64,000 nt of DNA from an uncultured delta proteobacterium (GCA_963774705.1 CAVZFW010000001.1:383356-447355); one strand, 5' to 3'. Positions 1 through 10,294 are shown, counted from the first letter of the stretch. Notes: generated from the sequence alone by a model not told the origin. A program made the numbers and translations.

Positions 1-1
1 G

Positions 2-160
2 ATCGAGCTCTCGTGCATGGGGCGGGCGAGTCTCGATACGATCAAGACGTTCGAGGACGTCGGCATTTCGCGCGTGGTGGTGGCGCCGCCGGGGTTCGAT
101 AAAGAGAACCTGACGCGCGGGCTCGATCAGCTCGGCAACGACGTAATAGCGAAATTGTAA
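2..160 (+). CDS. LLM-class (luciferase-like) oxidoreductase, C-terminal fragment; 5' end lies outside the window
   Basis: Frame 2 reads ...IKTFEDVGISRVVVAPPGFDKENLTRGLDQLGNDVIAKL*. This is colinear with the C-terminus of the next ORF (...IKAVEDIGVARVVFGPPSSDPAKLRAGLERLANDILAKL*). Stop TAA at 158-160. Confidence 0.6.
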   Translation: MELSCMGRASLDTIKTFEDVGISRVVVAPPGFDKENLTRGLDQLGNDVIAKL

Positions 161-279
161 TGCGAGTGCTCGCACGCAACATTAGCCGCACAGAACAAAC
201 CGCGCGCGATGTTTCTCGCTCGTACAATATTCGCGAACGCACAAAATTAGCCGAGCTAATACACAGACATGGGTGAACA

Positions 280-1137
280 ATGAAGGCAGGCATCATCTTC
301 GCGAACTCGGGCGCTTTTGCGCGTCCGGAACTTTTCGGACAATTGGCACGGGATGCCGAAGCGCTCGGCTTCGAGTCGCTGTGGACGGTTGAACACGTCG
401 TGATTCCGCAACCGCACATGCCGTATCCCGGATCGAAGGATGGGCAGATGCCGGGTGGCGATGATGTGCCGATTCCCGATCCGCTCATCCCGCTCGCCTA
501 CGCCGCGGCGATCACGAGCAAGATCAAACTGGCGACGGGCATCGTGATTCTGCCGCAACGGCATCCGCTGTACCTGGCCAAGCAGCTTGCGACCATCGAC
601 CTGCTCTCGCAGGGGCGCATGCTGCTCGGCATCGGCAGCGGCTGGATGAAAGAGGAGTTCGAGTCGGTCGGCATCGATTATCATGCACGGGGCGCGCGCA
701 CCGACGAATCGATCCAGGCGATGCGGGCGCTATGGAGCGAAAATCCGACGACCTTTCACGGCAAGCATTTCCATTTTCATGACGTGAAAAGCTTGCCCAA
801 ACCGGCGCAGGCCGGCGGCATCCCGATTCATGTCGGAGGGCATTCGCCGGCGGCGGCGCGGCGGGCCGGACGTTTTGGCGACGGCTTCTTTCCGACGATC
901 ACCAATCCGGAGAAGTTGCAGGAAGCGTTCGGCATGATGCGTGACGCAGCGAAAAAGGCCGGGCGCAATGCCGCTGCGATCGAGTTGACGGCGATGGCGC
1001 CGGCCAAGGTTGACGCGATCAAAGCAGTGGAGGACATCGGCGTCGCGCGCGTGGTGTTCGGGCCGCCGTCAAGCGATCCGGCGAAACTGCGCGCGGGCCT
1101 CGAGCGCCTCGCCAACGACATCCTCGCGAAGCTGTAA
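280..1137 (+). CDS. LLM-class flavin/F420-dependent oxidoreductase (luciferase-like monooxygenase family)
   Basis: 285-aa ORF. The N-terminus GFESLWTVEHVVIPQ and overall TIM-barrel LLM pattern fit the family. Paralogous to the fragment at 2-160. Confidence 0.85.
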   Translation: MKAGIIFANSGAFARPELFGQLARDAEALGFESLWTVEHVVIPQPHMPYPGSKDGQMPGGDDVPIPDPLIPLAYAAAITSKIKLATGIVILPQRHPLYLAKQLATIDLLSQGRMLLGIGSGWMKEEFESVGIDYHARGARTDESIQAMRALWSENPTTFHGKHFHFHDVKSLPKPAQAGGIPIHVGGHSPAAARRAGRFGDGFFPTITNPEKLQEAFGMMRDAAKKAGRNAAAIELTAMAPAKVDAIKAVEDIGVARVVFGPPSSDPAKLRAGLERLANDILAKL

Positions 1138-1158
1138 GGCGAAGGTGCGAATCGCGCG

Positions 1159-1542
1159 ATGATGAGTCGTGAAGAGTTGGTCGAGACCACGCGGAGCTTC
1201 CTGCACGCCTTCAACCGCGAAGACCTCGACGCGGTGATGGAATTCTTCGCCGACGATGGCATTTACGACGAGTTTAACGGGCGGCGCAACGTCGGTAGGG
1301 CGGCGATTCGGGCTGCATTCGTTCCGCAATTCACTGGAGCGTTCGGCACGATGCGCTTCATCGATGAAGATTTGTTTGCCGACGCGGTGACCGGCAAAGT
1401 GATGGCGTCGTGGCGCTGTACACTCAGCATCAAGGGCCAGCCGACATCGTGGCGCGGCCTCGACCTGATGCATTTCGTCGACGGCAAGCTCGTACACAAA
1501 CTGACATACGCCAAAACCAAATCGCCCCTCTTTCAGGACTGA
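1159..1542 (+). CDS. SnoaL-like / NTF2-fold family protein
   Basis: 127-aa ORF. REELVETTRSFLHAFNREDLDAVMEFFADDGIYDEF is the typical SnoaL-like N-terminal signature. Confidence 0.75.
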   Translation: MMSREELVETTRSFLHAFNREDLDAVMEFFADDGIYDEFNGRRNVGRAAIRAAFVPQFTGAFGTMRFIDEDLFADAVTGKVMASWRCTLSIKGQPTSWRGLDLMHFVDGKLVHKLTYAKTKSPLFQD

Positions 1543-1563
1543 TAGAAACGCGAGGCATCCGTA

Positions 1564-2400
1564 ATGAGTAGCAGTGAAAAATCGATCGCGGGCGGCAACG
1601 ATAAAGTGAGTGATCGCGGGCAGTCGATCCTGACGCGGCATGAAGCGCCGCTCGGATGGCTGATCGTCAACCGCCCGCAGGTCAAGAACGCACTCAACTA
1701 CGAGGCCTGGCGCGGGATCGTCGCCGCGATGGAAGAACTCAACGCCGATCCAGAGGTGCGCGTGATCATTATGCGTGGCGTCACCGCTGACTCGTTTATC
1801 TCAGGTGCGGACATCTCGGAATTTCCGAGCCACCGCGCCAACGCCGAACAAGCTCGCGCGTATCGCGACGCGCCCGGCAATGCGACCAATGCGTTGAGCC
1901 ATTCGCCGAAGCCGGTGGTCGCAATGATCGCAGGCATCTGCATTGGCGGCGGTTTGCAGGTCGCGCTGTCATGCGACGTGCGCATCGCCGCGCGCGGCAC
2001 CCGCTTCGGTATTCCGGCGGCGCGTCTCGGACTCGCTTACCCATTGGAGGGCGTGCTCTCACTCAGCCAAATTGCCGGTCCGGCAAATGCCCGCGACATC
2101 CTGATGTCCGCGCGGATCTTCGACGCCGAGGAAGCGTTCGCGATGGGACTGATCAATCGCCTGGTCGATCCCGCGGACCTCGAAGCTAACGTGCGCGACT
2201 ATGCGACTCGAATGGCCGCCAACGCTCCGCTTACGATGGCCGCCGCGAAGGCGACGATTCGCGAGGGACTCAAGGACGGCGTCGAGCGTGACCTCAAGAA
2301 AATCGCCTCGATGGTCTCGCGGTGCTTCGACAGCGACGACTACCGCGAAGGCGTCAAAGCATTTCTTGAGAAGCGTCGGCCGAATTTTCAAGGCCGCTAG
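1564..2400 (+). CDS. enoyl-CoA hydratase/isomerase (crotonase) family protein
   Basis: 278-aa ORF with the crotonase core: VIIMRGV...FISGADISEF ... PVVAMIAGICIGGGLQVALSCDVRIA. Confidence 0.9.
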   Translation: MSSSEKSIAGGNDKVSDRGQSILTRHEAPLGWLIVNRPQVKNALNYEAWRGIVAAMEELNADPEVRVIIMRGVTADSFISGADISEFPSHRANAEQARAYRDAPGNATNALSHSPKPVVAMIAGICIGGGLQVALSCDVRIAARGTRFGIPAARLGLAYPLEGVLSLSQIAGPANARDILMSARIFDAEEAFAMGLINRLVDPADLEANVRDYATRMAANAPLTMAAAKATIREGLKDGVERDLKKIASMVSRCFDSDDYREGVKAFLEKRRPNFQGR

Positions 2401-2460
2401 ATTTCATAAGCCCTCAAAAACGCCGGATAATTTCTCCTATGTGGATGTCCACCAAAAAAA

Positions 2461-2490
2461 CAGTCGAGACTGATTGTAACAGTCGGACTT
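2461..2490. promoter_or_regulatory. two short palindromes upstream of the TetR gene; candidate operator sites
   Basis: CAGTCgaGACTG at 2461-2472 and CAGTCgGACTt at 2480-2490 lie 60-90 nt upstream of the TetR start at 2553. Confidence 0.3.
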
Positions 2491-2552
2491 GTTTGCTAAC
2501 CGTTCGGGCTGGGATTGGGGGCAACGATTTGCACAGCTCCGAGAATTAGAGA

Positions 2553-3212
2553 ATGACGCGGATACAGGAAGAGCGAAGTGCAGAGACGCGCGGGCGGCTC
2601 CTTAATGCGACTGTCGAATGTCTCCATGAGTTTGGCTATGCCGGCGCGACGACGACCGAGATCGCGCGGCGAGCGGGGCTTTCGCGCGGCGCCCAACTCC
2701 ACCATTTCCATCGCAAACAGGACCTTGTCGTCAGCGCCCTCGAGCACGTGTTTGCGTTGCGCCTGGAACAGTTCACGCAGACCGCGGTTGAGTTGCCGGT
2801 GGGAATGGAGGCGCGGGTCAGCGCGCTGATCGATCTGTTGTGGCCGGCCTTCAAGGGCCCGGCGTTTTACGCGTGGCTGGAACTGGTGGTCGCTTCGCGC
2901 ACCGATCCGGCATTGCGTCAGGCGGTGAGGATCGCCAGTGAGAATTTCGCCCACGGAGTGCATCGAGTGTTTCAGGCGCTCTTCGGTCTAAAGAGCGCGT
3001 CAGACCATGTTGACGACCCGATCGTATTTGCGATTTTCGGCTTGCTCGAGTCGCTCGCCTTGGAGTGGGCGCTGTGCGATTCGGAGGATGAAGAGCGACG
3101 GAAGTTCGAGCCGGCAATCGCCTACGTCAAAACTATCGCGAATTTCGTCGTGCGCGAGGCGCGGCGTGAGGCCAAGATCGAAGATTCTTCGAGCGAGGTG
3201 GTTCGCCGATGA
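2553..3212 (+). CDS. TetR/AcrR family transcriptional regulator
   Basis: 219-aa ORF. N-terminal HTH RGRLLNATVECLHEFGYAGATTTEIARRAGLSRGAQLHHF. Its stop overlaps the P450 start (ATGA at 3209-3212). Confidence 0.9.
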   Translation: MTRIQEERSAETRGRLLNATVECLHEFGYAGATTTEIARRAGLSRGAQLHHFHRKQDLVVSALEHVFALRLEQFTQTAVELPVGMEARVSALIDLLWPAFKGPAFYAWLELVVASRTDPALRQAVRIASENFAHGVHRVFQALFGLKSASDHVDDPIVFAIFGLLESLALEWALCDSEDEERRKFEPAIAYVKTIANFVVREARREAKIEDSSSEVVRR

Positions 3213-4405
3213 GCAGTGCAGTTTATTTCAATCCGTGGGACGAAGCGTTTCGCGCCAATCCCTACCCCCATTACAAGGCGCTCTACGGCCGACCGCCTCA
3301 TCTGCTGAACATGTTCTTCCCGATGGCGCTGGTGGCTTGCTACGACGACGCAGCGATGATTCTGAAAGATTACGAGCGCTTCAGCAGCTCGAAGAAAAAC
3401 CAGACCTTCGACGAACAGGAGCGAACGTTATTTGCGGGTGCCGCGACCGTGCTGTTCTCCGATCCGCCGACCCAGACGCGATTGCGCAGGCTGATGAGCC
3501 GCGCGTTCACGCCCAAGCGGATCCGGGACCTCGAACCGCGCATCGTTGAGCTGACCCATTCGCTGCTTGATCGGGCGGCACGCAAGGGCGAAATCGAAGT
3601 AATGAGCGACCTTGCGACACCGCTGCCGGTCATGGTGATCGCAGAGATGCTGGGCGTGCCGCCCCTTGAATATGAGCAATTCAAGCATTGGTCCGACCGT
3701 ATCGTGGAGAGCGACAATACGCCGCCCGGAATGCCGCTGCCGCCGGATATCACACAGGCGGCCAACGACCTGCGCGCCTATATCGGCGGTGAGATCGAAC
3801 GGCGGCGTCGCGAACCGGGTGAAGATCTGATTAGTGCGCTGGTTGCCGCGCATGACGAAGCCGAGGCCCTCAGCGCCAACGAACTGCTAGCCTTCGTGAT
3901 TCTGCTGCTGCTCGCCGGCAACGAGACGACCACCAATCTGATCGGCAACGGGATGCTCGCGCTGGGGCGCAATCCGGAGCAGCTTGAACTGCTCCGCAAG
4001 GAACCGTCGCTGATGCCGCAAGCGGTCGAAGAAATGTTGCGGTACGACGGTCCGGTGCAATCGACCGTGCGCCACAATGACGAGCCGATAGAAATCGGCG
4101 GCGTGTCGATCGCGGCGCAGACAATGGTGTTCGTGATCCTGGCGGCGGCAAATCGCGACCCGGCGCACTTCAACCGTCCGGACGTGTTCGATATCACGCG
4201 CGAGCCCGACGGGCACCTTGCGTTTGGCGACGGCATCCACTTTTGTCTCGGCGCGGCGCTCGCGCGGCTCGAGGGCGCGATCGCCTTCGCCAGCTTGATC
4301 GAGCGATTCCCGCATCTGCGGCTGGCGGAACCGGATACCGCAGCAAAGTACAAGGGCTCATATTTTCTTCGCGGGCTGAGCGCGCTGAAGATGGCGACCA
4401 ACTGA
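3209..4405 (+). CDS. cytochrome P450
   Basis: 398-aa ORF with I-helix LLLAGNETTTN, EXXR (EEMLR) and the heme-Cys loop FGDGIHFCLGAALAR. Confidence 0.95.
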   Translation: MSSAVYFNPWDEAFRANPYPHYKALYGRPPHLLNMFFPMALVACYDDAAMILKDYERFSSSKKNQTFDEQERTLFAGAATVLFSDPPTQTRLRRLMSRAFTPKRIRDLEPRIVELTHSLLDRAARKGEIEVMSDLATPLPVMVIAEMLGVPPLEYEQFKHWSDRIVESDNTPPGMPLPPDITQAANDLRAYIGGEIERRRREPGEDLISALVAAHDEAEALSANELLAFVILLLLAGNETTTNLIGNGMLALGRNPEQLELLRKEPSLMPQAVEEMLRYDGPVQSTVRHNDEPIEIGGVSIAAQTMVFVILAAANRDPAHFNRPDVFDITREPDGHLAFGDGIHFCLGAALARLEGAIAFASLIERFPHLRLAEPDTAAKYKGSYFLRGLSALKMATN

Positions 4406-4418
4406 AGCGAGGTATTCG

Positions 4419-5626
4419 ATGGCTGCGGCAACCGAAACTCCGGGCATTTACTTTAATCCGTGGGACGAGGCCTATCGCGCTAATCCATATCCATACTACG
4501 AACCGCTTATGGCCGTCCGCCGCATCTGATGAACCTCTTTATTCCGATGGCGTTGGTGGCGCGTTATGCCGACGCGGCTGCGATCTTACGCGACCATGAG
4601 CGCTTCTCGAGCGTGCCGCCCACCTCGCCGTTTATCGAGATGCGATTGGAGGTGTTCGGCCGTGCGCCGCGCGTGGTCTTTTCCGATCCGCCGGTTCATA
4701 CGCGGCTGCGCAAGCTGGTGAGCAAAGCCTTCACGCCGCGGCGTATCAGGGAATTGGAACCGCGCATTCGCGAGTTCACTACGACCTTGATCGAACGGGC
4801 TGCCCGCAACGGCGAGTTCGAGGTGATGGCCGACCTGGCGAATCCGTTGCCGGTGATGGTGATCGCCGAAATGCTGGGGGTATCGCAGGACGATTACGAA
4901 CAATTCAAACACTGGTCTGACCAGGTGATTGAAAACGACAACGTACCTCCAGGCGCCGAGATGCCGTCGTACATCGTCGACGCGTTTAACGGGCTCCGCA
5001 GCTACTTTATCAACGAGATCGAAAAGCGCCGCCGAAATCCGGGCAGCGACCTGATCAGTGCGCTGGTCGCCGCGCGCGATGAGTCTGAAGCCCTGAGTGA
5101 AGAGGAACTGATCGCGTTCGTGGTCTTGCTGCTGCTTGCGGGCAACGAAACCACGACGAACCTGATTGGCAACGGGATGCTGGCGCTCGGACGTAATCCG
5201 GATCAATTGTCGAAGTTGCGCAACGACTCGTCATTGATGCCGCGTGCGATCGAGGAGATGTTACGCTATGACTGCTCGGTGCAGGCAACCGCCCGTTACC
5301 CGAAAATCGACCTGGAGGTCGGCGGCGTAGAGATCAAAACGAACACCCCGATATTCGTGATCGTCGCGGCAGCGAATCGCGATCCCGCGCATTTCCCGAA
5401 TGCAGACAAGTTCGATGTAGCGCGCGACCCCAACGACCATCTAGCGTTCGGCGACGGCATCCATTACTGCCTCGGCGCGCCGCTGGCGCGGATGGAGGGT
5501 GCGATCGCGATCGCCGCTGCGCTTCAGCGCTTTCCGCAACTGCGGTTGGCCGATCCGAATGCGCCGCTAACCTACAAAGGATCGTACTTCCTGCGCGGGC
5601 TGAGTGCGCTCAAAATGGCACTTTAG
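4419..5626 (+). CDS. cytochrome P450, tandem paralog of 3209-4405, with one frame disruption near 4507
   Basis: ATG at 4419 gives MAAATETPGIYFNPWDEAYRANPYPYYEPL, parallel to the N-terminus of the first P450. The frame then slips by 1 nt at ccgcTTatgg. ORF 4529-5626 continues ...HLMNLFIPMALVARYAD... to FGDGIHYCLGAPLAR. Confidence 0.85.
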
Positions 5627-5692
5627 TCATCGCGCGATCTTCGGATTCGCAACCGCCGGAATTCGTTGCGAGACACGGCCGGGATTCGATAA

Positions 5693-7078
5693 ATGGGAAC
5701 TCCGGTGAATAGGGAAAGCGACCCCGGCGCGATCGAGCCGACAATTGACGCGCCCGTTTCTCCGTCTGGCGACGAGCAACACACTCCACTCCTGGCGCTG
5801 TATGGCCTGCGGCTGTTCGGCAAGCCGCCGCCGTTCACCCGGCGCCAATGGCGCGTATTCGGCATCGCGGCCACTGCAGGATTCTTCGATAACTACGATC
5901 GCGCGTTGTTGAGCCTAGCGCTGAAGCAAATCCAGCAAGGGCTCGGCATTGCGGAGGCGCGGCTGGGCGGGATGCTCTCGTCGATTCGGCTCGGCTACCT
6001 GTTCTCGCTGATGGTGACGCCGTTCGCCGATGTCTTCGGCCGGCGCCGCCTGCTGCTCTATACGATCGTCGGCTACACATTATTTACCGGGTTGAGCGCC
6101 CTCGCGCCCAGCCGAGCCTACTTCGTGACCTGCCAAGTCTTCGCGCGCGCGCTCGCGGGCGCAGAAGCAACCGTCGCGCTGGTCATTCTGACCGAGGAGG
6201 TTGCGGCGGGCGTGCGCGGATGGGCCGTTGGATATCTGGGCGCGTTGGTCCTCGTGGGTTACGGCCTGGCAGCGGGCGTCTTTGCCTTCGTCAACGTGAT
6301 CCCGTTCGGATGGCGCGGGCTGTTTGCGATCGCCTTGGTCCCGTTAGTGTTGATCGTCCCGTTGCGGCGCGCCTTGCCGGAGAGCCAGCGCTTCGAGCGC
6401 GAGAAGCTCGCCGGGGTGCGCCCGACCAACGTATTACAGCCGCTGGTGGCGCTGTTTCGATCGCATCCAGGGCGGCTCTCAATGCTTACCTCGGTGCAAT
6501 TCCTCGCCCAGATGGGCGGCAACTCGGCCGGCGCATTTCTGCCGAAGTACCTCCAGGAGGCGCATCACTGGCGGCCCGGCCAGGTGTCGTCGCTTTTCGT
6601 CTTCGCCGGTGCGCTCGGGATTCTCGGCAATATCGTGGCCGGTCGGATGAGCGATCGGGTCGGCCGCCGCAGGCTCGGCGGCGCATTCCTCTTTCTAGCC
6701 CCCGTGTTCGCGATGCTCGTTTACACGACCGGTGGCAACTGGGTCATTCTCTTTTGGATTTTGCAGCTCTTCTTCGATACCGCATCGAGCACAATCCTGT
6801 CCGCCTACGGCACAGAACTGTTTCCGACGGCTTATCGCTCGACGGCGGGCAGCGCCTTGACGGTGGCGGGAACGGCGGGTGGCGCGTTGGGACTGTTTTT
6901 CGAAGGCATCCTTTACGGCGTGACAGGCTCGCATTGGATTTCCATTCGCTACCTGACGATATCCTGGATGCTCTCGCCCATCATCGTTTTTACGTTCTTC
7001 CCTGAAACCGCCGGACGCGAGCTCGAAGAGATCTCGCCGGACGCGAAGCTGGCCGCGTCAACGCCGGCGATTCCATAG
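5693..7078 (+). CDS. MFS transporter
   Basis: 461-aa ORF with multiple hydrophobic spans and an MFS loop motif (PFADVFGRRRLLL). Confidence 0.85.
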   Translation: MGTPVNRESDPGAIEPTIDAPVSPSGDEQHTPLLALYGLRLFGKPPPFTRRQWRVFGIAATAGFFDNYDRALLSLALKQIQQGLGIAEARLGGMLSSIRLGYLFSLMVTPFADVFGRRRLLLYTIVGYTLFTGLSALAPSRAYFVTCQVFARALAGAEATVALVILTEEVAAGVRGWAVGYLGALVLVGYGLAAGVFAFVNVIPFGWRGLFAIALVPLVLIVPLRRALPESQRFEREKLAGVRPTNVLQPLVALFRSHPGRLSMLTSVQFLAQMGGNSAGAFLPKYLQEAHHWRPGQVSSLFVFAGALGILGNIVAGRMSDRVGRRRLGGAFLFLAPVFAMLVYTTGGNWVILFWILQLFFDTASSTILSAYGTELFPTAYRSTAGSALTVAGTAGGALGLFFEGILYGVTGSHWISIRYLTISWMLSPIIVFTFFPETAGRELEEISPDAKLAASTPAIP

Positions 7079-7109
7079 CCCCGTGCTTCTTTAATAATGA
7101 TTCGTTAGA

Positions 7110-7616
7110 TTGGCGGCCGTGACCCTGTGGCGAGGTAATTTGACGTGGAATCCGGCGGCGTTGGCGATCTCGGCGATCGGCGCGCTGTCAATTTTAGCGA
7201 TCGCAATGAGCGCGTGTGCGCAGGGACCGCGAATCGAGATTGTCGGACCGGACGGCGCCCGCCGCGTCGTGGTCAGCGTCGAGATTGCGGACAACGCCGC
7301 GACGCGCGAATACGGCCTGATGTATCGCAAACAACTCGACGAAGAAGCCGGCATGATCTTCGTCTTCAATGGTTCGCAACACCTCGAATTCTGGATGAAA
7401 AATACGGTCATACCACTCGATATGATCTTCGCGGATAGCGCCGGGAAGATTGTCGGGATCGTGCGCAAGGCGGTGCCATTTTCCGAAGGAATCGACAGCG
7501 TCGATGGGGATTCGCAGTACGTGCTGGAAGTCAATGGCGGCTTCTGCGATCGCCACGGCGTCAAGGCTGGCGATACCCTGCGCTTCGAGGGTTTCGTGCC
7601 TAAATCCGCCGATTAA
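7110..7616 (+). CDS. DUF192 domain protein (secreted or lipoprotein-like)
   Basis: 168-aa ORF with signal or lipobox-like ILAIAMSAC. The DUF192 core is REYGLMYRKQLDEEAGMIFVF...LEFWMKNTVIPLDMIFAD. Confidence 0.8.
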   Translation: MAAVTLWRGNLTWNPAALAISAIGALSILAIAMSACAQGPRIEIVGPDGARRVVVSVEIADNAATREYGLMYRKQLDEEAGMIFVFNGSQHLEFWMKNTVIPLDMIFADSAGKIVGIVRKAVPFSEGIDSVDGDSQYVLEVNGGFCDRHGVKAGDTLRFEGFVPKSAD

Positions 7617-7645
7617 CCGATTCGCAGCCGTCGTTAATGGTCCGG

Positions 7646-7911
7646 CTATTTTGGCGCCGCATGGATAACTCGGAGGATCTGAACCGTCAGCATGAATACG
7701 ATACGCGACGATCTAAGGAGTGCCGGACACGACTAACTCTCGAGTATTGCGAATCCTGCCTCGCCGGCCTGCGGCTGGATATTCGCACAAAATCGTAGCG
7801 GACTCGCGAATGCGTCGAGCTACCGCTTGTGCGGCTAAGGGATTGTTACGATGAATAAAGCTTCGCGACTCGAAGATCGGAAACTGCCTCTTCGAGCCAG
7901 CGAATTTTCAC
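7646..7911 (-). pseudogene. RelE/ParE-family toxin, decayed (at least 2 frame changes and an in-frame TAG)
   Basis: My translation is VKIRWLEEAVSDLRVAK.. / ..IHRNNPLAAQAVARRIRESATILCEYPAAGRRGRIRNTRELVVSGTP*IVAYRIHADG / VQILRVIHAAPK*. The TAG at 7713-7715 sits where a Tyr is expected. The GTG start overlaps the antitoxin stop (GTGA at 7908-7911). Confidence 0.55.
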
Positions 7912-8160
7912 GCAGGCAGATCGCCCTCATCCGCGGTACCCCAACTCGCCAGCCAGCGATCGACGTCCTCATGATCGATAAATCTCGCAGCGCCACCATC
8001 CGCTTTTTTGACAGCGCTTCGAACGGCGTTCGCTTACCATTCGATGAGGTCGAGATAACGCTCTACGGTCCTCCGCCATGAGGCCCGATTTCGTTCGATC
8101 GGTAGAAGCCGACAGCCGTTCGAGCCGCCTATACGTAGCCTCATCGAGACGCAACGTCAT
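7908..8160 (-). pseudogene. ribbon-helix-helix (CopG/ParD-like) antitoxin, frame-disrupted
   Basis: MTLRLDEATYRRLERLSASTDRTKSGLMAE / TVERYLDLIEW / ANAVRSAVKKADGGAARFIDHEDVDRWLASWGTADEGDLPA* is read across three frames. It shows the RHH N-terminus and the typical ...HEEV..WL.SWGT C-terminal tail. Confidence 0.55.
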
Positions 8161-8197
8161 GCGCCTATGCTCGCGACCCTTTTGCGACGCCACGGGT

Positions 8198-8638
8198 TTA
8201 AGGTAGCACACGCGCCGTTGATGCTTCATCTGCGCCGGCGGTTCCCCGCTTGCTTCCCTGACGCGCGTGCCAAGCGAAGGTCCCGATCACCGCGAGCAAA
8301 AAGGCCGTCATGAAGATTGCCGTCGAGACCCAGAAGGAAGTCATGAAGACGCTGCCGCCATGCGTCGGCGCGAGACTGGCGGCGAGCCCATAGAAGCGGA
8401 CGCGCATGAGGCCAAAGATAACCAGCATCGCGAGCGCGGCGACGCGGCTGCGACGGTAGATTCCATATGTAATTCCCGCGAAGGCGAGCGTCAGAATGAG
8501 GTTCGGGAAGTTGAGGCCGCCGGTGCGCGTTGCGACCAACAGGTTGCCGAGGCATGCGACGCCACCCGCGACCCATCCGCATACGATAAACGCCTTCGCC
8601 ATCCCGTCATTCATGATCTTCCCCAGTTCCGTATACAC
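8198..8638 (-). CDS. hypothetical integral membrane protein
   Basis: 146-aa ORF with about 4 hydrophobic helices. No recognisable family. Confidence 0.5.
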   Translation of the reverse strand: MYTELGKIMNDGMAKAFIVCGWVAGGVACLGNLLVATRTGGLNFPNLILTLAFAGITYGIYRRSRVAALAMLVIFGLMRVRFYGLAASLAPTHGGSVFMTSFWVSTAIFMTAFLLAVIGTFAWHARQGSKRGTAGADEASTARVLP

Positions 8639-8741
8639 GATGCCGCTTTAATGCGCGCCCACCCAATTGATATATTTTGCGGTTGCGTCGTATCCTGACA
8701 CGATTTTCACGCGCGCCTTAAGGATACATGGGTTTTAGCGG

Positions 8742-10294
8742 ATGGGATTAAAAGAGAATATCGAACGGATTCATGAACTTTCGCGCCAGGCCGAAGCCGC
8801 GGGTGGCGAGGACAAGCTCAAACGCCAGCGCGAATCGGGACGGCTGACCGCGCGCGAACGCGTCGAGTTCCTGCTCGATCGCGGCTCGTTCGTCGAACTC
8901 GACAAGTTCAAAACCCATCGCAACACCGATTTTGGCATGGCCGATCGCAAAATTCCCGGCGACGGCGTGGTGACCGGATACGGCACTATCGACGGCCGGC
9001 AGGTTTGCGTTTTTTCGCAGGATTTCACGGTATTTGGTGGCAGCCTTTCGGGTGCTTTCGCCGAGAAGGTCTGCAAGGTGATGGACCTCGCGGCCAAGGT
9101 CGGCTGTCCGGTCATCGGCATCAACGACTCGGGCGGCGCGCGCATCCAGGAGGGCGTCGTGTCGCTAGCCGGCTACGCTGACATCTTTTTGCGCAACGTG
9201 CTTTCGTCGGGCGTCGTGCCGCAGATTTCCGCCATCATGGGTCCGTGCGCTGGCGGGGCGGTTTACTCGCCGGCGATGACCGACTTTATCGTGATGGTGC
9301 GCGACACTTCGTACATGTTCATCACTGGTCCCGACGTCATCAAGGCGACCACGCACGAGGAGGTCACGATGCAGGACCTCGGCGGCGCCGACACGCATTC
9401 GACGCGTTCAGGCGTGTGTCATCTGGAAGCGAGCGACGACGAGAGCGCGCTACAGACGATCCGCGAGCTGTTCTCGTACATGCCGTCGAACAACGTCGAT
9501 GATCCGCCGTTTCGACCGGCGACCGACGATCCGAATCGGCGCGACGAGGCGCTCGACACGATCGTGCCGGAGAACCCGAACAAGCCGTATGACATGCGTG
9601 AGATCATCACGCGCGTGGTGGACGACGCGCATTGGCTCGAGATTCAGGGCGATTGGGCGCAGAACATGCTGATCGGGTTCGCGCGGATCGGCGGCTATTC
9701 GGTCGGGATCGTCGCGAATCAGCCGGCCTTTCTCGCCGGATGCCTCGATATCGACGCGTCGGTCAAGGCGGCGCGCTTCGTGCGCTTTTGCGATTGCTTC
9801 AATATTCCGCTGGTTACGTTCGTCGACGTGCCGGGATTTCTGCCGGGCACGGCGCAGGAATTCGGCGGGATTATCCGCCACGGCGCGAAACTGCTCTATG
9901 CGTTTTGCGAGGCGACGGTGCCGAAGATTACGGTGATCACGCGCAAGGCCTACGGCGGCGCGTACGACGTCATGTCGTCGAAGCATATTCGCGGCGATTT
10001 TAATTTCGCCTATCCGAGCGCGGAGATCGCCGTGATGGGTCCGGACGGCGCGGTCAATATCGTCTTTCGCAGCCAGATCGAAAAGGCGAAGGATCCGGTC
10101 GCCGAGAAGAGCCCGGCTGGTCGAGGAATACCGGCAAGACCTTCGCGAACCCGTTCAAGGCGGCGGAACTCGGCTATATCGATGAAGTGCTGATGCCGCG
10201 CGATACCCGTCCACGGCTGATTTCGTCGCTTAAGGCGCTCGAAAACAAGCGCGAGAAGAATCCGCCGCGCAAGCATGGCAATATCCCGCTGTGA
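8742..10294 (+). CDS. pccB: acyl-CoA (propionyl-CoA) carboxylase carboxyltransferase beta subunit; two frame disruptions near the 3' end
   Basis: The ORF carries carboxyltransferase motifs ([24 protein letters not shown]). After about 10112 (C-run) and 10140 (CC) the true frame continues ...[58 protein letters not shown] to the stop at 10292-10294. Confidence 0.9.

Noticed and set aside
161-279. Repeated ATTAGCCG motif (181-188 and 246-253) and the near-palindrome TGCGAGTGCTCGCA between the two LLM genes, as a regulatory site.
   Set aside because: There are only two short copies 65 bp apart and an imperfect palindrome with almost no loop. That is too little information to distinguish from chance.
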